From Phoronis australis (lineage: Eukaryota; Animalia; Phoronida), in contig NMRA01000473.1 of assembly GCA_002633005.1 (NCBI GenBank), positions 253,668 to 317,667 of the forward strand: a DNA stretch of 64,000 bases, read 5' to 3'. The position numbers and the translations under genes were made by a program. Shown here piece by piece: positions 1-12,818 of this stretch; the stretch's first letter is position 1; every line of letters starts with the position of its first letter. The notes beneath the pieces were generated by a model. It did no database searches and had not been told where the DNA came from. It saw only the letters and a list, made by a program, of their open reading frames with translations.

Positions 1-522
1 ACTAACAGTACAGGTCTTCGTTCTTAAACAACTTGAGGCTGCTGTTACGCGATCATCTGATATTCAAGTTTTTACGCCCCGTCGGTGCTCCTTAATTATG
101 CTCTTGAATATTTGGAAATTGTCTAAACCCCTGTATACACGCCACACTTTTTCGTATACGACTTTTAGTATGCTAAAAAAGGTGTGTGTAAGCAGATGTT
201 CCAACAAAAAATTTTGCTGGTGGGTGACTCATACCCAGATGTGCACAATATGGTTTCACGAAACTTATGTGCCAAGTTCATGTGACGAAATCGAGAAGGG
301 TTTTTAATTATCTTAAGAAAAACTCCAGAGACATGTTAAGTGCCAGAAACTTACCAGGGTGCATGGAAATTTCACTATTTGGCTACAAAAACAGAAAAAT
401 ATCTTACACGGGAGGAGAAACCCCCCCTCCCGACCTCCCCACGCTCGGCGCCACGCGCCTAGGATTCGACCTTGGCGGGAATCCTAAACCCCCCCCTTGG
501 TGAAAACGTAGGTCCGCCGCTG

Positions 523-832
523 CAAATACCTAAAAATCCGTAACAGAGAAATAAAATATTACGTTTGTTCAATAACTCGATGTATTTGTAAGGGTTTTAC
601 GTCGAATTTTGATGATTTATTGGTATAAAACGATGAATTCAAGCGATAACCTGAGGCCAATAAACGTGTTGTGAACTTCTAAACAGACTGCATTCGAACC
701 TCTTCATTGGTTAATTTCAACACCTCCGTCTGCTGTGAGGTGTCAGGTAAACTGTACTTACAGTTATCGAGTGGAACTACTCGATCTAAATTGATACAAA
801 CTAGGTTGTTTTGGGGTAGCGTTCTCTTTTAA
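523..832 (+). mobile_element. Terminal fragment of Kolobok family B
   Basis: Direct match to 31385-31690, ending GGGTAGCGTTCTCTT|TTAA. Abuts a MITE-like end (GTAGGTCCGCCGCTG) at 522. Confidence 0.75.
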
Positions 833-1460
833 CTCCATTCTGGCATTGGTGGTTCGAGGGCCAGCTCTCTTTTGTTCGATAATTGCTCTAATCTCCAATA
901 AGATCGTATCTAGCCTGACTGGGCTGTGATGTTAAAATAAAAGTTAAGTTATAACATATTTGAACATAAGCCAATAGCATGTCTGAAATCTTCGTCAAAC
1001 GGTGATTACGTTCAGTTTTTGAATCGCCAAAATCGCCCAACTGCAACCGAAGTTACGACAATCTATTCTTTCCGAATGTACCAATTCACTCTGGGTTTGA
1101 TTGTGCTTACACGAGGTCTGTAATAAGCCTGGTAGATAATTGGCTTGCCTGTTGTCATAACAGACAAAAGACTGTGCTTGGCAGTTAATAAACAAGCTAG
1201 ATATTATCAGACGCTCACAACCCTCTACGTATGGTAAAACCACTGAATGGAAAACGCCGTCATGCAATATTAACGCTGATAGGGTAAGTTGGGTATAGGC
1301 CTTGAGCATCACATTGACCTAGATTTTCTATCTGCCACCTGATAAAAACCCACTGATGTAATATTCACATACTGTGGGTTTGCAATCAACGAGTCGTCTG
1401 CAGACTGTTACGTGTCTTTGAACACAGTGGTTCACTGCTCGGCTTTTCAGATAAATTACA

Positions 1461-1559
1461 ATGTCATACGAATTACTGGAGGAAACGGCTCTAAAGACAG
1501 AGTGTGGACAGCAAGAGATAACGAGTGTGTACGACGAGTGGGCGGAGAACTACGAGAAG
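1461..1559 (+). CDS. METTL27: METTL27/WBSCR27-like methyltransferase, coding exon 1
   Basis: ATG 1461, MSYELLEETALKTECGQQEITSVYDEWAENYEK (YDxWAxxY motif), then GTAAG donor at 1560, phase 0. An acceptor TTTTCAG ending at 1450 suggests an upstream UTR exon. Confidence 0.85.
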
Positions 1560-3139
1560 GTAAGGGATAGCGGTCTCCTAGAAACTGGCGTTTAAGTACA
1601 TATCCGGCTCTCTAGGCTCAAGACCCAGTTAAATCTTGTGTACATAACGCGGAGTTGTCGCGAGGACTCGATTGGGACCTCAGGGGTCTCACGCTCCACC
1701 GGCTTACGTATCTACACTAATTTGAAAAGGCTTTGTCCAGTCACGCGTTGTGGGTCATAAATCGAGATAATGATACCAACAGCTCACGCGACAAACTGAA
1801 CTACTTTCGTTTACTTCATTGGTGCATTAACTGGAGAAATTTATAATTAGACTTTTAAACACTATCCGATCGTCAACTTTTTTCGGGAGACTAAATCTCA
1901 ATGTAGTTTGCCGAAATTGAATAATGGAAACCCTTGAAAATCATTATAAGCGAGAAAGAGAAAACAAACATTTTCTGACGTTTAGGCTCATTAACTTTGA
2001 GTAAACGAAACGTCGCAAGTATGTTCCGTTTTCTCTTGCGCGCTCATAATCCGATTCCTATAACTAGTGTTATGGCCAAAAACCGAGTTTGGAAACTAAA
2101 ATCTTGATGGTATCATATTTTGCCAGCGACCATACACGGTACAAAAATGAATGAAAAGCTGAATTAGGCAAAACTTGACTTGATGGAATTCTCGAAAAAC
2201 GCATAAATATCACCATCATCTTCATGTCAAAATTGCTAAATAAAAATCGAGGGGGAGGGCACGAACCTTAAAATCCTGGTACGCATTTTCGTTAACGAGC
2301 TTCAAAAATAGAGCATGGAGTGTTTGAAAGAACCAAAATCCATCCAAGTCAAAGTGGCCATAATGGAGTGATATGGAGATTTAAAATGACGTGATTAATC
2401 CATTTTTTTCAGTTGCTGTGTACCTAAATTAACAGGCACAGAAAAAATGACTTAGGCCTACAGTATGATTTTCTGAAACATACCTCAGCGAAATCGTCAA
2501 AGAAAAAAGCGCCTTTTGCCACCTGAAACGGACAAAAACAACCAAAGCGCGCAACGCGTCGCTTGCCTGAAAAAGTAACTCTTTCACTTGGTTTTTGTGG
2601 TTAGGTCGGACATGTGTACCCATATTTTCGGTCGTGGCCCCCTACAACGGGCTACTACTTCAAATGACACGTATATATTGACGAAGTCCAAATTTAAGTG
2701 CCCCACCGGTTCCCAGGGTTTCATGTTTTGTAATTCAAAATGATTACATAAACTTAGGAATAAATGAGAGTTACAAGAACTACGTTCACAAAGAGTAAGA
2801 AAACTAAAACCCAGCGACATACGATCACCTCGCTTTAACAACGCATTGTGTGCATTCCACATAACAAGTAGGCCACTCTTCAGATTAGTGCTTTCGCAAT
2901 GAAAATAACTGTAAGATTTCCGAATAGTGTAATGTATATTCTACATGAGAATTTCAAACGTTAAAATGACTAGTTGTTCATACTATGGGAAAAGCAATAA
3001 GGGACACAGGCACTAGCAATGATGAACCATTCAGTATAAATATTACACCTCACAGGATGAGCAAAACATGCACTAAGTAACCTACCGAGATCTTTGAAAC
3101 TAACAATTATATATAGTCACTTCAGACAGCTTGTAAATA

Positions 3140-3500
3140 TAAAAACAAGTGGTCATCTGAGATAGATAGAAACTGTGTTATAAATAATGTAAATTTTAGT
3201 GACTCTGATACGTGGTTGAGAAAAGTAAATAAACTCTCCTTCAATTGTACAAAAGATACAAATTGCGTTGGTTTCAATACCGCTTAATTCACAGAATATT
3301 ACCTACTAATAATTATTTACATAAAATTAAAATAAAAACAAGTGATCTATGCTCTTTTTGTGGCGAACACAGTGAAACTTTTCTCCCTCTTTTTTGGGAA
3401 TGTCGTCTCGTCTCCGGTTTCTGGCTCCTGTTTGCTGAGTGGTTAAAACAAACATATCATGAGTACAATGTAGCAGTGTTTTTGGGTTTTTAGGAAACAT
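3140..3500 (+). mobile_element. L1/Tx1-type LINE 3' fragment (zf-RVT)
   Basis: KLRWFQYRLIHRILPTNNYLHKIKIKTSDLCSFCGEHSETFLPLFWEC...FW. Confidence 0.85.
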
Positions 3501-4418
3501 TCAGTCGGGAAAATTGTAAAGTACATGTGGAGTTGCAAGTTATTCTTGATTCATTCTTGAAAATCCATCATTGAAATATCGTACCACAAGTTATGCTATT
3601 GCTCATGTGCATCAAATGGACTGTGAAGCACTTCGTCAAAAACGTAAGAGAGAGTACTTAATATTCAAATTACTATCTACCAAGTGCGAAAGTAGATTGC
3701 TCACCTACACTCACGTTTGTCTGAAATTGCTTTTTTGTATTGTGACAACCACTTTGTGCATACGATTAAATTCCAACAGATGGGAACATATAATCAAATG
3801 TGAAACAAATGGAAGACCAGGACGTCTTAGCTTCGCGCATATAGTCTCAGATGCATTTGAACTATGGAACGATGAACGCGGAAAAGTGGTAATACGGGTC
3901 GCACGGGTGCTCCCTGCCACTTGCCGACTCACAGCATTTGCTATTGGGGTTCGATTTCAGTTTGCTTTGAACGTATGATCATGTTTTAGCTTTTTAGTTT
4001 TGTTAAAGGTTTTCATTCCCATTACCAACTCGAGTCACAGATAATGGCGTACATGCGCCATTTTTGTTCTGGTAATAGCAATAGAATCCTTTCGCAGTGA
4101 GTATGATTGATGACAATAGATGGAGACACATTTCCATTTTCGTTTTTAGCCTGCAAATCACTTGAGCTTTAAAGTTCAAGTTCCAATCCTAGTTATTAGT
4201 TTTATGAAGATTGGTACAGCCTATGCCCCCCCCCCCTTGAAAATACTGGAGAAATTATAGCTATTATGAGCCTTGGCACCGACTAAACGATGGAAGATAA
4301 CCGGAAGGTCAAATTGTTGGCAAACGGGGATGACAGGAGTGGCGATGAAGCGGGTAAGAACACAAGAGAAATGTTTCTTTTGAACAATATTTGAAAAAAA
4401 ATCAACTTTTTTAATTAA

Positions 4419-4852
4419 TTGAACGTACCGTAGACTACAAAGTTCGGTAGGCCAATTTACCAAGGTCTGCGGTCGTCCGTGAAATACAAACAGGAGAACA
4501 TAGCTATGTGTTGTAATTTTAGACGTGCTATTGTGTTTTCAGTTCTTAACACACAAAACTCTTGCTATCCCAGCCAATGGCTCGGAACCCGATAAGGCCT
4601 ATCGATGCCGGACTGAAGACATTATACACGAACATAAACCAACCAAAATTGGAAACTAAACTTTCAGTCACAAAAATAGTATACTAGTGAGCCGAGGATA
4701 TAACAACAACTTTCTGTCAGCAAACACTGAATTAGCATGCGCTTTCACGGCCTCGGTGCCCGGTTATTAGTTCATTGCGTCTAAACCAGGTAACACAGCA
4801 ATTTATTCATTGCTGACTTCTCAAAACATTTGCTCTCACGGACACTCCAAGC
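4419..4852 (-). mobile_element. Internal fragment of Kolobok family B
   Basis: Reverse complement aligns with 30757-31384, with indels. Confidence 0.7.
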
Positions 4853-7800
4853 AAGGAGTGTAGTAATTACAGGAGAGTTCACTCCGCCATTTTACCATTC
4901 GCCGCAATGGTTACCGGTCGAAACACTAGCGCTCCAAGCGGTGAATAATCAACACTTACTTAGGAGCGCAGTCCGAACAATGTAAACACTGATGAATTCA
5001 TGCTTTAACGACGTTCAACGTGCAATAAAATTACTGTGTTATTGAAAATGGATAGAATACGTAAATTAACATCCACTTATAATCGAATGAGAAAGAAAAT
5101 GTGTATTTTAATCAATATTAAAGTGTAATTTTGTTTTTATTCTCTTGAAGCTCCCGTCAAAATCTATTACAAAATTTGAATGATTGCTCCTGGGGGTTCA
5201 GAGGGTAATTCCCCCAGGTGACAGCTAAGGGGGTACCAGGCAAAAACCAGGTGGGCGCCAAATGGGTGTTGACCCCCTCCCAGGGGGGTTACATGGGAGG
5301 AGTGCTAAACAGTTAAACTAATGGGGTATGTCACATGGGTGTTGAGCCCCTCCCATCGTCACAAATTTTGGTTGCTCCCCTGACAATTGACAAACATGTT
5401 GCTCCCAGCTCACTGCTGGTTTCACCTCCACCCAACAATTTCGCATGCCGGTGTTCTCTATTCAATGCACCAGGATACTAGCAATGCGAACAATTGTTTG
5501 GTTTAGTGGGTGTTACACATGTAAGAAGAAGAAAGCAATTCATCACTACCACAAAATCGTAATATAATTTTAGAACATTCCATTATTTCTTTGACATGGC
5601 AGCATAGGGTAAACTCGATCGCACTCTCCCACGCGCACACCCAACGAACTCGGGGGGCTCAAACGAGCCCCCCATTTGGCGAAGTGGTCAAAAAGGTCCG
5701 TCCCCGAGAGACAAAAATTCCGAGAAAATGGGACAAAAGTCCACTAAAGAAACGCAAATGCGCAATTCACAGTGGTGGTCCAGTGCCCCGGGCACTCATT
5801 TGTTAGCAAAAGGTCTACATCGTCAGGAATTCGAGCCCCCCCCCCACATTGAGTATATCACCACGCATAACTAGTCCAACTTCAACATGTCATGACAAAA
5901 AAGTTAAGAGGTACTGAACAGCAATCAAAATATTCACTAGCCCCACAACTTCATACAAAACTGAATTAAAAAGACTTGGATGATAAAACTATTTTTTTCT
6001 ATACCCACTGTTAATATTATCAATAACAGTAAATATTTCAGGTAAGCTAAAGGTAGACCACAAGATCATATTTGTTACTTAGCCACAACTGGGGCTTAAA
6101 TTAATCACAATCTCCAAAGACGTACAAAATAGGCAACACATAACAACAACAATACAACAAGAAAATCTAACCAACCTTCTCACTCTGTATTAATTTACTA
6201 GTAAACAACAGCTAATTTTGCCAAGGAAATCCGTTGAAGCTGATAACTAATTTACTCACAGAGGTGTTTGTCATTGAGAAGCAAAATGATGCGGATAGCT
6301 TGGGTTTAACAAAATGTCAGCCCACCATTCAGACTCTAAAAGACCCATCAGTTTCACTCTTTGGCTCTCTTCAAATCACAGGCTAACCATTCATAAAATG
6401 TTTTAATCTGATCAATCTTAGTAAAATACGAAAACCAGAATTTGACTAATTGTCCTTTCTACACGTGATGTTCCAACGTTAAATCTTCACAAATTACAAA
6501 GTAGCCGATTGAACATGCCTTTCAGTTCAGCAAAAGTCGACATTGTAGGTGCCGCCAGAAATGAGACGAAGTCCAACGGGAATTGTGAGCACATTTTAGT
6601 TAATGAGTGACAACTGCGAGGCTGAAATTTGGTGAACACTGCTAAATCGTGCAGAATAGTAAGTAAAGATATGTCTAACTAAATTTCACCGCAATTTGTT
6701 GGCGAAAACAATTTCCACAAAGTTTTAAACTCGTAACTCATCCCGCTGTCCACCAATATGGCCGACGCGTTCCAAACAAAGTGACCCAAATTTCGCCACA
6801 AAACTTGCAATAACTTTACAGTGCTTGCCCCGATTTTGATACTTTTTCGGTTTTTACTGAGTAGAATGTACTACCTTTCCGATGATAGCAAAGTACTTTT
6901 TCAAAACGAGGAAAAAAATAAAACCGAAAAAAATTGGTTCGACCCATATTAGTTCCTGGGTTCGACCCGCCTACGTAAGGAACTAAACACCAATGCTATT
7001 TTAACATACTAAGTACGCGTAACATTCAAAAAAAAAATCAACGACCACTAACTACAAACTATAAATACACTACATATGCAAACGAATCACGATATATTAC
7101 TAATAAAACAAAATAATGAAGACTTTTCGAGCAAGCCATAGCACATTCAGTTACAAGGAAAAAATGGCGGCGTTCAGGACAAGTTCCTGAGGAGGCACAG
7201 AACAGTTCTTACAGGGGTTTGCCTGTCAGAACACACGTCAGTGCACTCTTCACCCTTTCTTCACTTTGTCAAAAACTACATGCAAATAAGGAAATGTTTT
7301 GAGTCATTTCACATCACGAGCCCTACAAATGAGCACAGAAACTTTATTCTCTCTTGTATTTTTGACCCATTCACTCCCAGTGGAAACCAACCTGAACTAA
7401 GAAAAAATGAGGGCAAACAAATGCAAAATCGGCACTTTTCACCCCAAAATCACCACTTTCCTGCCGATGCTCGACTAAAGCCAACATTAGATTCCGAAAG
7501 CAAATTTCCTACCGATTCCAAAAATGTGATCCAAAAGTACTGTCAACAACTAGTTTTTTTGCAAATCTGGCTTGTTTGAGGGCTACCTGAAATCGCGGCC
7601 AATTTCTCAGTTGCTACACAGCAATGCACAACTGCAACAGGGGGCCACCATCTTGAAGAAAAGTGCAGCTACAGCCAAGAAACTGGCCTTTTTTCATTCC
7701 CATAATGTTCACAAATATAAAAAAAAAACATTCACTTGGCCTACACACAATACCTAACTAAAAAATGCCCCCAAGCCTGGCCTAGCCCTAGATTTTAACA

Positions 7801-8692
7801 TTTTGGTGCAAATTGACCGCGGCCACAACCTAACTATTCAGTGCCACCTGAACTGATGAGCCGGAAATGTGGGTACGGAAATAACCGATGACAACCGGTA
7901 ATCATACGCTCAGAGAGAAGGGTCTGTTAAAAAATCGCTTTTGACAAGAAAGGCGAAAAGAATATAAAGAAAGGGTGTCAAAAATAAGAATTTATGTAGT
8001 AAGTATTTTCGGAAACTGGAACCACATGGGCAGTTTGCAAGAAGGACTTTAAGTTGAGCTGCTCGTGTGTCGTGTGGCCGTTCACAGTTTGATCTATCGT
8101 TTACACAGTCGACAGTTTTTTGGGAATGCCCAAAAAATGACGTGATATTCTTCTCTAGCTGTATAACGGCAGTCCGAACTACACGCCCCTTATCAACACC
8201 GTTTCATCATTTGTATCACACAATTTTTTATCTATAGACTAAAATAAGCTTTGCCGACAACGACATTATTTGTCGGGTAAAATGGCGGCTTGGTAACGCA
8301 GACGAAGGTTTGTCGAGAATGCTGCGTTCTGACTGGTTGCTTAAGCCGTCAGTCATAAAGGCGAAGGCAACCTTTTTCCATGTCATTTTGAGCTAAAATA
8401 AGGTTGGTTGGTTATCCTAGACATATTTTCCATTTAATTACAGCTTTTCGTAATTTTATTAAATACTCGTCCGCTACTCCGGAAGTGACGTTTTAGGAGG
8501 CAAGCGTTTCCCGCCACTTGGTTTTGCGTTGACTTTACCGTGCGAATCTGTTCTATTCTACTTTTGTTTTTTGCTGTTTTTCAACAATTGTCGCCACCAC
8601 TTTCTATCGGCGAGTATTCTGCGGCAAGGTAGGTTAGTAGAGAACTCAACTACGTTGGATTTAAAGATTGTTTAATGTGTTGTAAGCTGAAA

Positions 8693-8995
8693 ATGGCTGG
8701 AGTCAGTGACCCGTATCACAGTGACAGTAGTGTGAGTGACGGAGACCTTGTTCACAGCAGTGGTGACGAGGAATTTTTTCACGGACATTCAGTGGGTGAG
8801 TACATGTTTGAGCCCGAGTATAACGAGGCAGAGTACGCACAGGCACAGGCAGCTGTTGAGAGAAACGAGGCGGCTACTGAAGACAGACGTGGTGACACAT
8901 CTTGGTGCAAATGCACTGTGTGCGTTGTCATGCCTACAATGCTTGTGCTGTTCAGAGTTCGACGAGGCCAAGCCACTACTGGACATGGTTAAGTG
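8693..8995 (+). pseudogene. KolX-like (P2X7 ballast/Zn-Cys domain-like) N-terminal remnant
   Basis: Acidic N-terminus, YMFEPEY...RRGDTSWCKCTVCVVMPT, frameshift, then CLCCSEFDE; truncated by an internal deletion. Confidence 0.8.
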
Positions 8996-8997
8996 GA

Positions 8998-9752
8998 CCT
9001 CGGCATACCACGGACAGATGAACAACTGTCCCACTTGCCAGAGTGTCCCGCGACACACTCCCACTGGATGGTGACCTGAGCACCCAAACTGCTTACATCG
9101 TGTCGTGTGACTCCTTCGCCACACACCTAAATAGACAAGTCCACAATAAACTTATCAAAGTTTGGCTCACCGATCTGTTCACTGAACGACGAACTGTCCT
9201 CTTCACTGGGTGTCGAACTGGGCCTGTAATCACTCGCACTACTCAATATCGCTACAGGGCTGCTTAGAGGCTCTGGGCTGGAGAAAACAGCACAGGGCGA
9301 ATCACTACTGGTTCCAGGAATTGCACGCTCTGGGGTACGTTCGGAGGCACGGGTGACAGTAAATGAAGTGCCTCCACTGGCTCCAGTCACTGTACTGGCC
9401 ACAGCTCGCGAGGCTTCTCGCTTCAACAACGCACTTCTCGGGGGTGGCGACGGGGCACTGCCGGGAATCAACACAGACGGAATGGCATCCTTCTTCAGGC
9501 GTTGTTTCGCAGGGACCTTCATCAGTTCAGCGTACAGTTTCCTTTCGTAATCGGACGGCAGAAAGTGCTTGCCGCACACACGGTAATTCTCCACTGCTTT
9601 GTACGTTGCGTGGACGGGTAACGCTGCGTTCTTCACACGAACGAGCCAAGTACGGCGAAGTGTGTCATCATCGGAAAGCGATGCAAAGGCACTCCCAAAG
9701 CGCGCGTGAGCCGATAATTAGTACATTCCGGTACGCAGCGACAGTGTGGCAT
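8998..9752 (-). pseudogene. THAP-domain Kolobok transposase N-terminal remnant
   Basis: MPHCRCVPECTN..LHRFP / frameshift / DDDTLRRTW...VCGKHF...LKKDAIPSV (C2CH THAP), then KFIV...GAQVTIQWECVAGHSGKWDS...GMP. The DDE core is absent. Confidence 0.85.
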
Positions 9753-10059
9753 GTTGACTGACTAGTAAATGAAAGCAAACGACGACGGAACTTAACATAA
9801 CCGAGGTAGAACAATGACTGACTCGGCAGCTCTCACAGTCAGACTATATGAAAAGAAATTGGCGCGAAATGCTTGCCACCTAAAACGTCACTTCCGCAGT
9901 AGCGGACGAGTAATTAATAAAATTACGAAAAGCTGTAATTAAGTGGAAAATATGTCTACGATAACCAACCAACCTTATTTTAGCTCAAAATGTCATGGAA
10001 AAGGTTGTCTTCGCCTTTAAGCCTGGCGATAGGTCAATTGGTGCCATGGATGCATAGTC

Positions 10060-10985
10060 TTTATAAAAGTCTTGTTTTCCCCAGACGGTAATATTTTGAA
10101 CTATAGATTTATTGTGGATGTTTTGGGTATCAAAACGAACTTAATGGAGTATAATAGTCTAAATTCAGGGTTATTCAAGTACCAACAGAAATTTGCTATT
10201 GGTAGAGTTGTTAGTTTTGATGCGTATTTTCCTGTTATGCCAACGATTTTAATGAAATTGAAAAGTAGTGGGAGAGGGTGTCAACATATTTGTACACAAT
10301 TAAATTATAGTTCCGAAGTCTCAAAAGCGGAGTCAAAATGGGCCAAAGAATTGAACATAAATACAAATAATTTGCCATGGGAAGATGTTTATTCCCTTCT
10401 ATATAACACGACAACAGACCCAGGAATTAGGTGGCTTTAGTTCAAACTCTTGACTAGAATTTTGACGATTAACTAATTTTTATAAATAATCCAAGTTAGG
10501 GATGACGACTCTTGTTCCTTTTGTGGACAATCGAAAGAGAATTCGAAACACTCATTTTGGGAATGTGAAATAGTAAATTCATTTTGGACAAAAGTTAATA
10601 ATGCATTTTTAAACAAAGCAAATCCCCAGTGTGTCGGCACTCTTTCCTGCAACAATGTTATTTTTGACTTTTTTGATAAAAAGGAAAATTTTAAAAACAA
10701 AGTTTTATTTTTGGGTAAACAGTTTATTTATACCCAAAAGTTCAGATCAAAAAGATTACTTTTAAGTAGATTTTTAACTTCATCAAACAATGTTGTATGA
10801 GTGAAAAGTATAGCCTACGTAAGGATTTTAATTCAGACTTTGTACAAAAAAGATGGTGTAATTTTGAAACTGTTTTTCTTAATAGTCAAGAGGTCTAGGT
10901 GTGGTTTTTACATGCGTGTGTGTGTGTGTGTGTGTTTGTGTTGTTCTTGTCTTTTGTGTTAATGTAAACAAATAAAAAGATATTA
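10060..10985 (+). mobile_element. L1/Tx1-type LINE 3' end
   Basis: KW..EL...W..VY...IRWL*FKLLTRILTIN*FL..CSFC...H.FWEC..V..FW; (TG)n, then AATAAA/A-rich tail. Confidence 0.85.
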
Positions 10986-10999
10986 AAATTTCCTACACA

Positions 11000-12312
11000 C
11001 CTTGCTGAACATGATCTGGGAAACAGAAGAGATTCCAAAAGACTGGACCAAGGGGCTCTTAGGTCAACGTTCTTCAGTAGTTAAACCATCTCAAACTGGA
11101 AACTGGCGACGAATCACTCTTCCGTCCATGCCAAGGAAGGTACTCACCCGGGTTACGCTTAACAGAATTAAGGAAGCTCTTGGCCATAAACTTAGAAACC
11201 AACATGCAGGCTTTCGGAAAGGACAATCCTGTTTTAATCTGATTGCTACCCTGAGAATCATCGTTGATCACTCTACCTCAACTTTGTAGACTTCATGAAG
11301 ACTTTTGAGAGCATCGGCAGAGAAGTGACCTGAAAATTAATCCAATGTTATGGTCTCCCTGACAAGTTTCTGGATGTAATTATGATACTCCACGACTGAT
11401 TCACATGTAAAGTTACAAAGCAGAACTCACTCAATTATTCCCCGTCAAAACAGGAATACGAAAGGGATATTTGCTGCCACCTTTGGTCTTCTTGATTGGG
11501 TAACACACACCGTGTTCTCCGGTCCACCAGTTAGTCTACAGTTGACATTCACCAGGCACGTTGACTACTTGAAGTATGCATATGACCTCTACCTTCTACC
11601 CCACCAACAACAGGACATTCACCTTATGACTCGAGCGCTCTCGGATGCAACCAAAGAGGTTGGTATGCACATCAACGCCGAGAAAAACAAGACGATGCGC
11701 ATAAATGCCGGGTAAACTGGCTCCATCTCAGCAGTGAGTGACAAAGAGCTAGATTTCCAGTGCTCTGCCGACCTGGGTAGTATAGTGAGCACTATGGACG
11801 GTACAGAGGAACACGTCAAGGCTCGTATCAAGAAGGCCCGTCAAGCACATGCCATAGTGAAACCTGTCTGGATGTTAAGATTTTCAATTCAAATGTCCAC
11901 TGAAGTCGCCCTGCTTTACGACTCATGGATATGGCCACTCACTAAATCCATCATCAACAAGGTCCGATTATTCATCAACAAGTGTCTGCGTTAATTTCTG
12001 CAAATCAAGTGATCTGGTAGAATAAAAAATGACGCCGTGTGGAACAGAGCCAGCCAGAAAGCCATCAAGATCCATATTAAGAGGAGGAAGTCGGGATGGA
12101 TTTGTCACGCGCTAAGAAACTCTAATAATACAAACACCACCAGAATTGGGAGGCAGACCTGCGCGATATTTGAGAAGAACTGTGACATCTGAACACCCCT
12201 CTATTGACAGGTCATGAAACGAGAACCGAACAAAGGCTATCGACCAGATCAGATGGCGAGCATTCACGGAGGCCCCATGCATCTCAAGGTATTCAGAGGC
12301 ATAGGTCAAGTA
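11000..12312 (+). mobile_element. RTE-clade LINE, decayed RT 3' portion
   Basis: IWETEEIPKDW..NWRRITL..LR.QHAGFRKGQSC..IATLRII, YAYDL (YADD-derived), LGS...VKARIKKARQA; many stops and frameshifts. Confidence 0.88.
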
Positions 12313-12457
12313 ATATCATAGAAACGCGTGTCTAGAGGAAAAGTTTGATCGATTTTTGTATCAAGTGATGTTTTGTCATACGTTGGGTAGAGAGCTATAA
12401 CCTGATACCGCCAGTAGTGACAAAGCTGAGAGTGAACCAAATTTACTTAGATATGGC

Positions 12458-12458
12458 A

Positions 12459-12489
<31 letters not shown>

Positions 12490-12499
12490 TTATGTGTAT

Positions 12500-12531
<32 letters not shown>

Positions 12532-12560
12532 TTATATGTATATATATATATTTATATGTG

Positions 12561-12621
<61 letters not shown>

Positions 12622-12628
12622 GTGTATG

Positions 12629-12671
<43 letters not shown>

Positions 12672-12700
12672 TTATATGTATATGTATATGTATATATATA
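12458..12700. repeat. Compound (TA)n/(TATG) microsatellite
   Basis: Visible directly. Confidence 0.98.
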
Positions 12701-12818
12701 ATTTGTTAAATGCACACTTTTCATTGTTCACAGTCTTTATTCCGTTACGTTCGTACTTTCGGAACAAAACTCTACTCTCAACTGAACATAGGTACAGTAA
12801 CTGACCTAGCGACATAAT

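Larger units (their letters stand above)
8359..10016. mobile_element. Kolobok DNA transposon family A, internally deleted
   Basis: TIRs of about 157 bp (AGGCGAAGGCAACC... / ...GGTTGTCTTCGCCT), flanked by ATAA and TTAA; convergent KolX-like and THAP-transposase remnants inside. Confidence 0.88.

Noticed and set aside
9127-9752. Domesticated host THAP gene
   Set aside because: It is frameshifted, truncated and enclosed by transposon TIRs.
12417-12804. YIYI-rich ORFs, and the HTHT ORF at 16340-16777
   Set aside because: These are translations of microsatellites.
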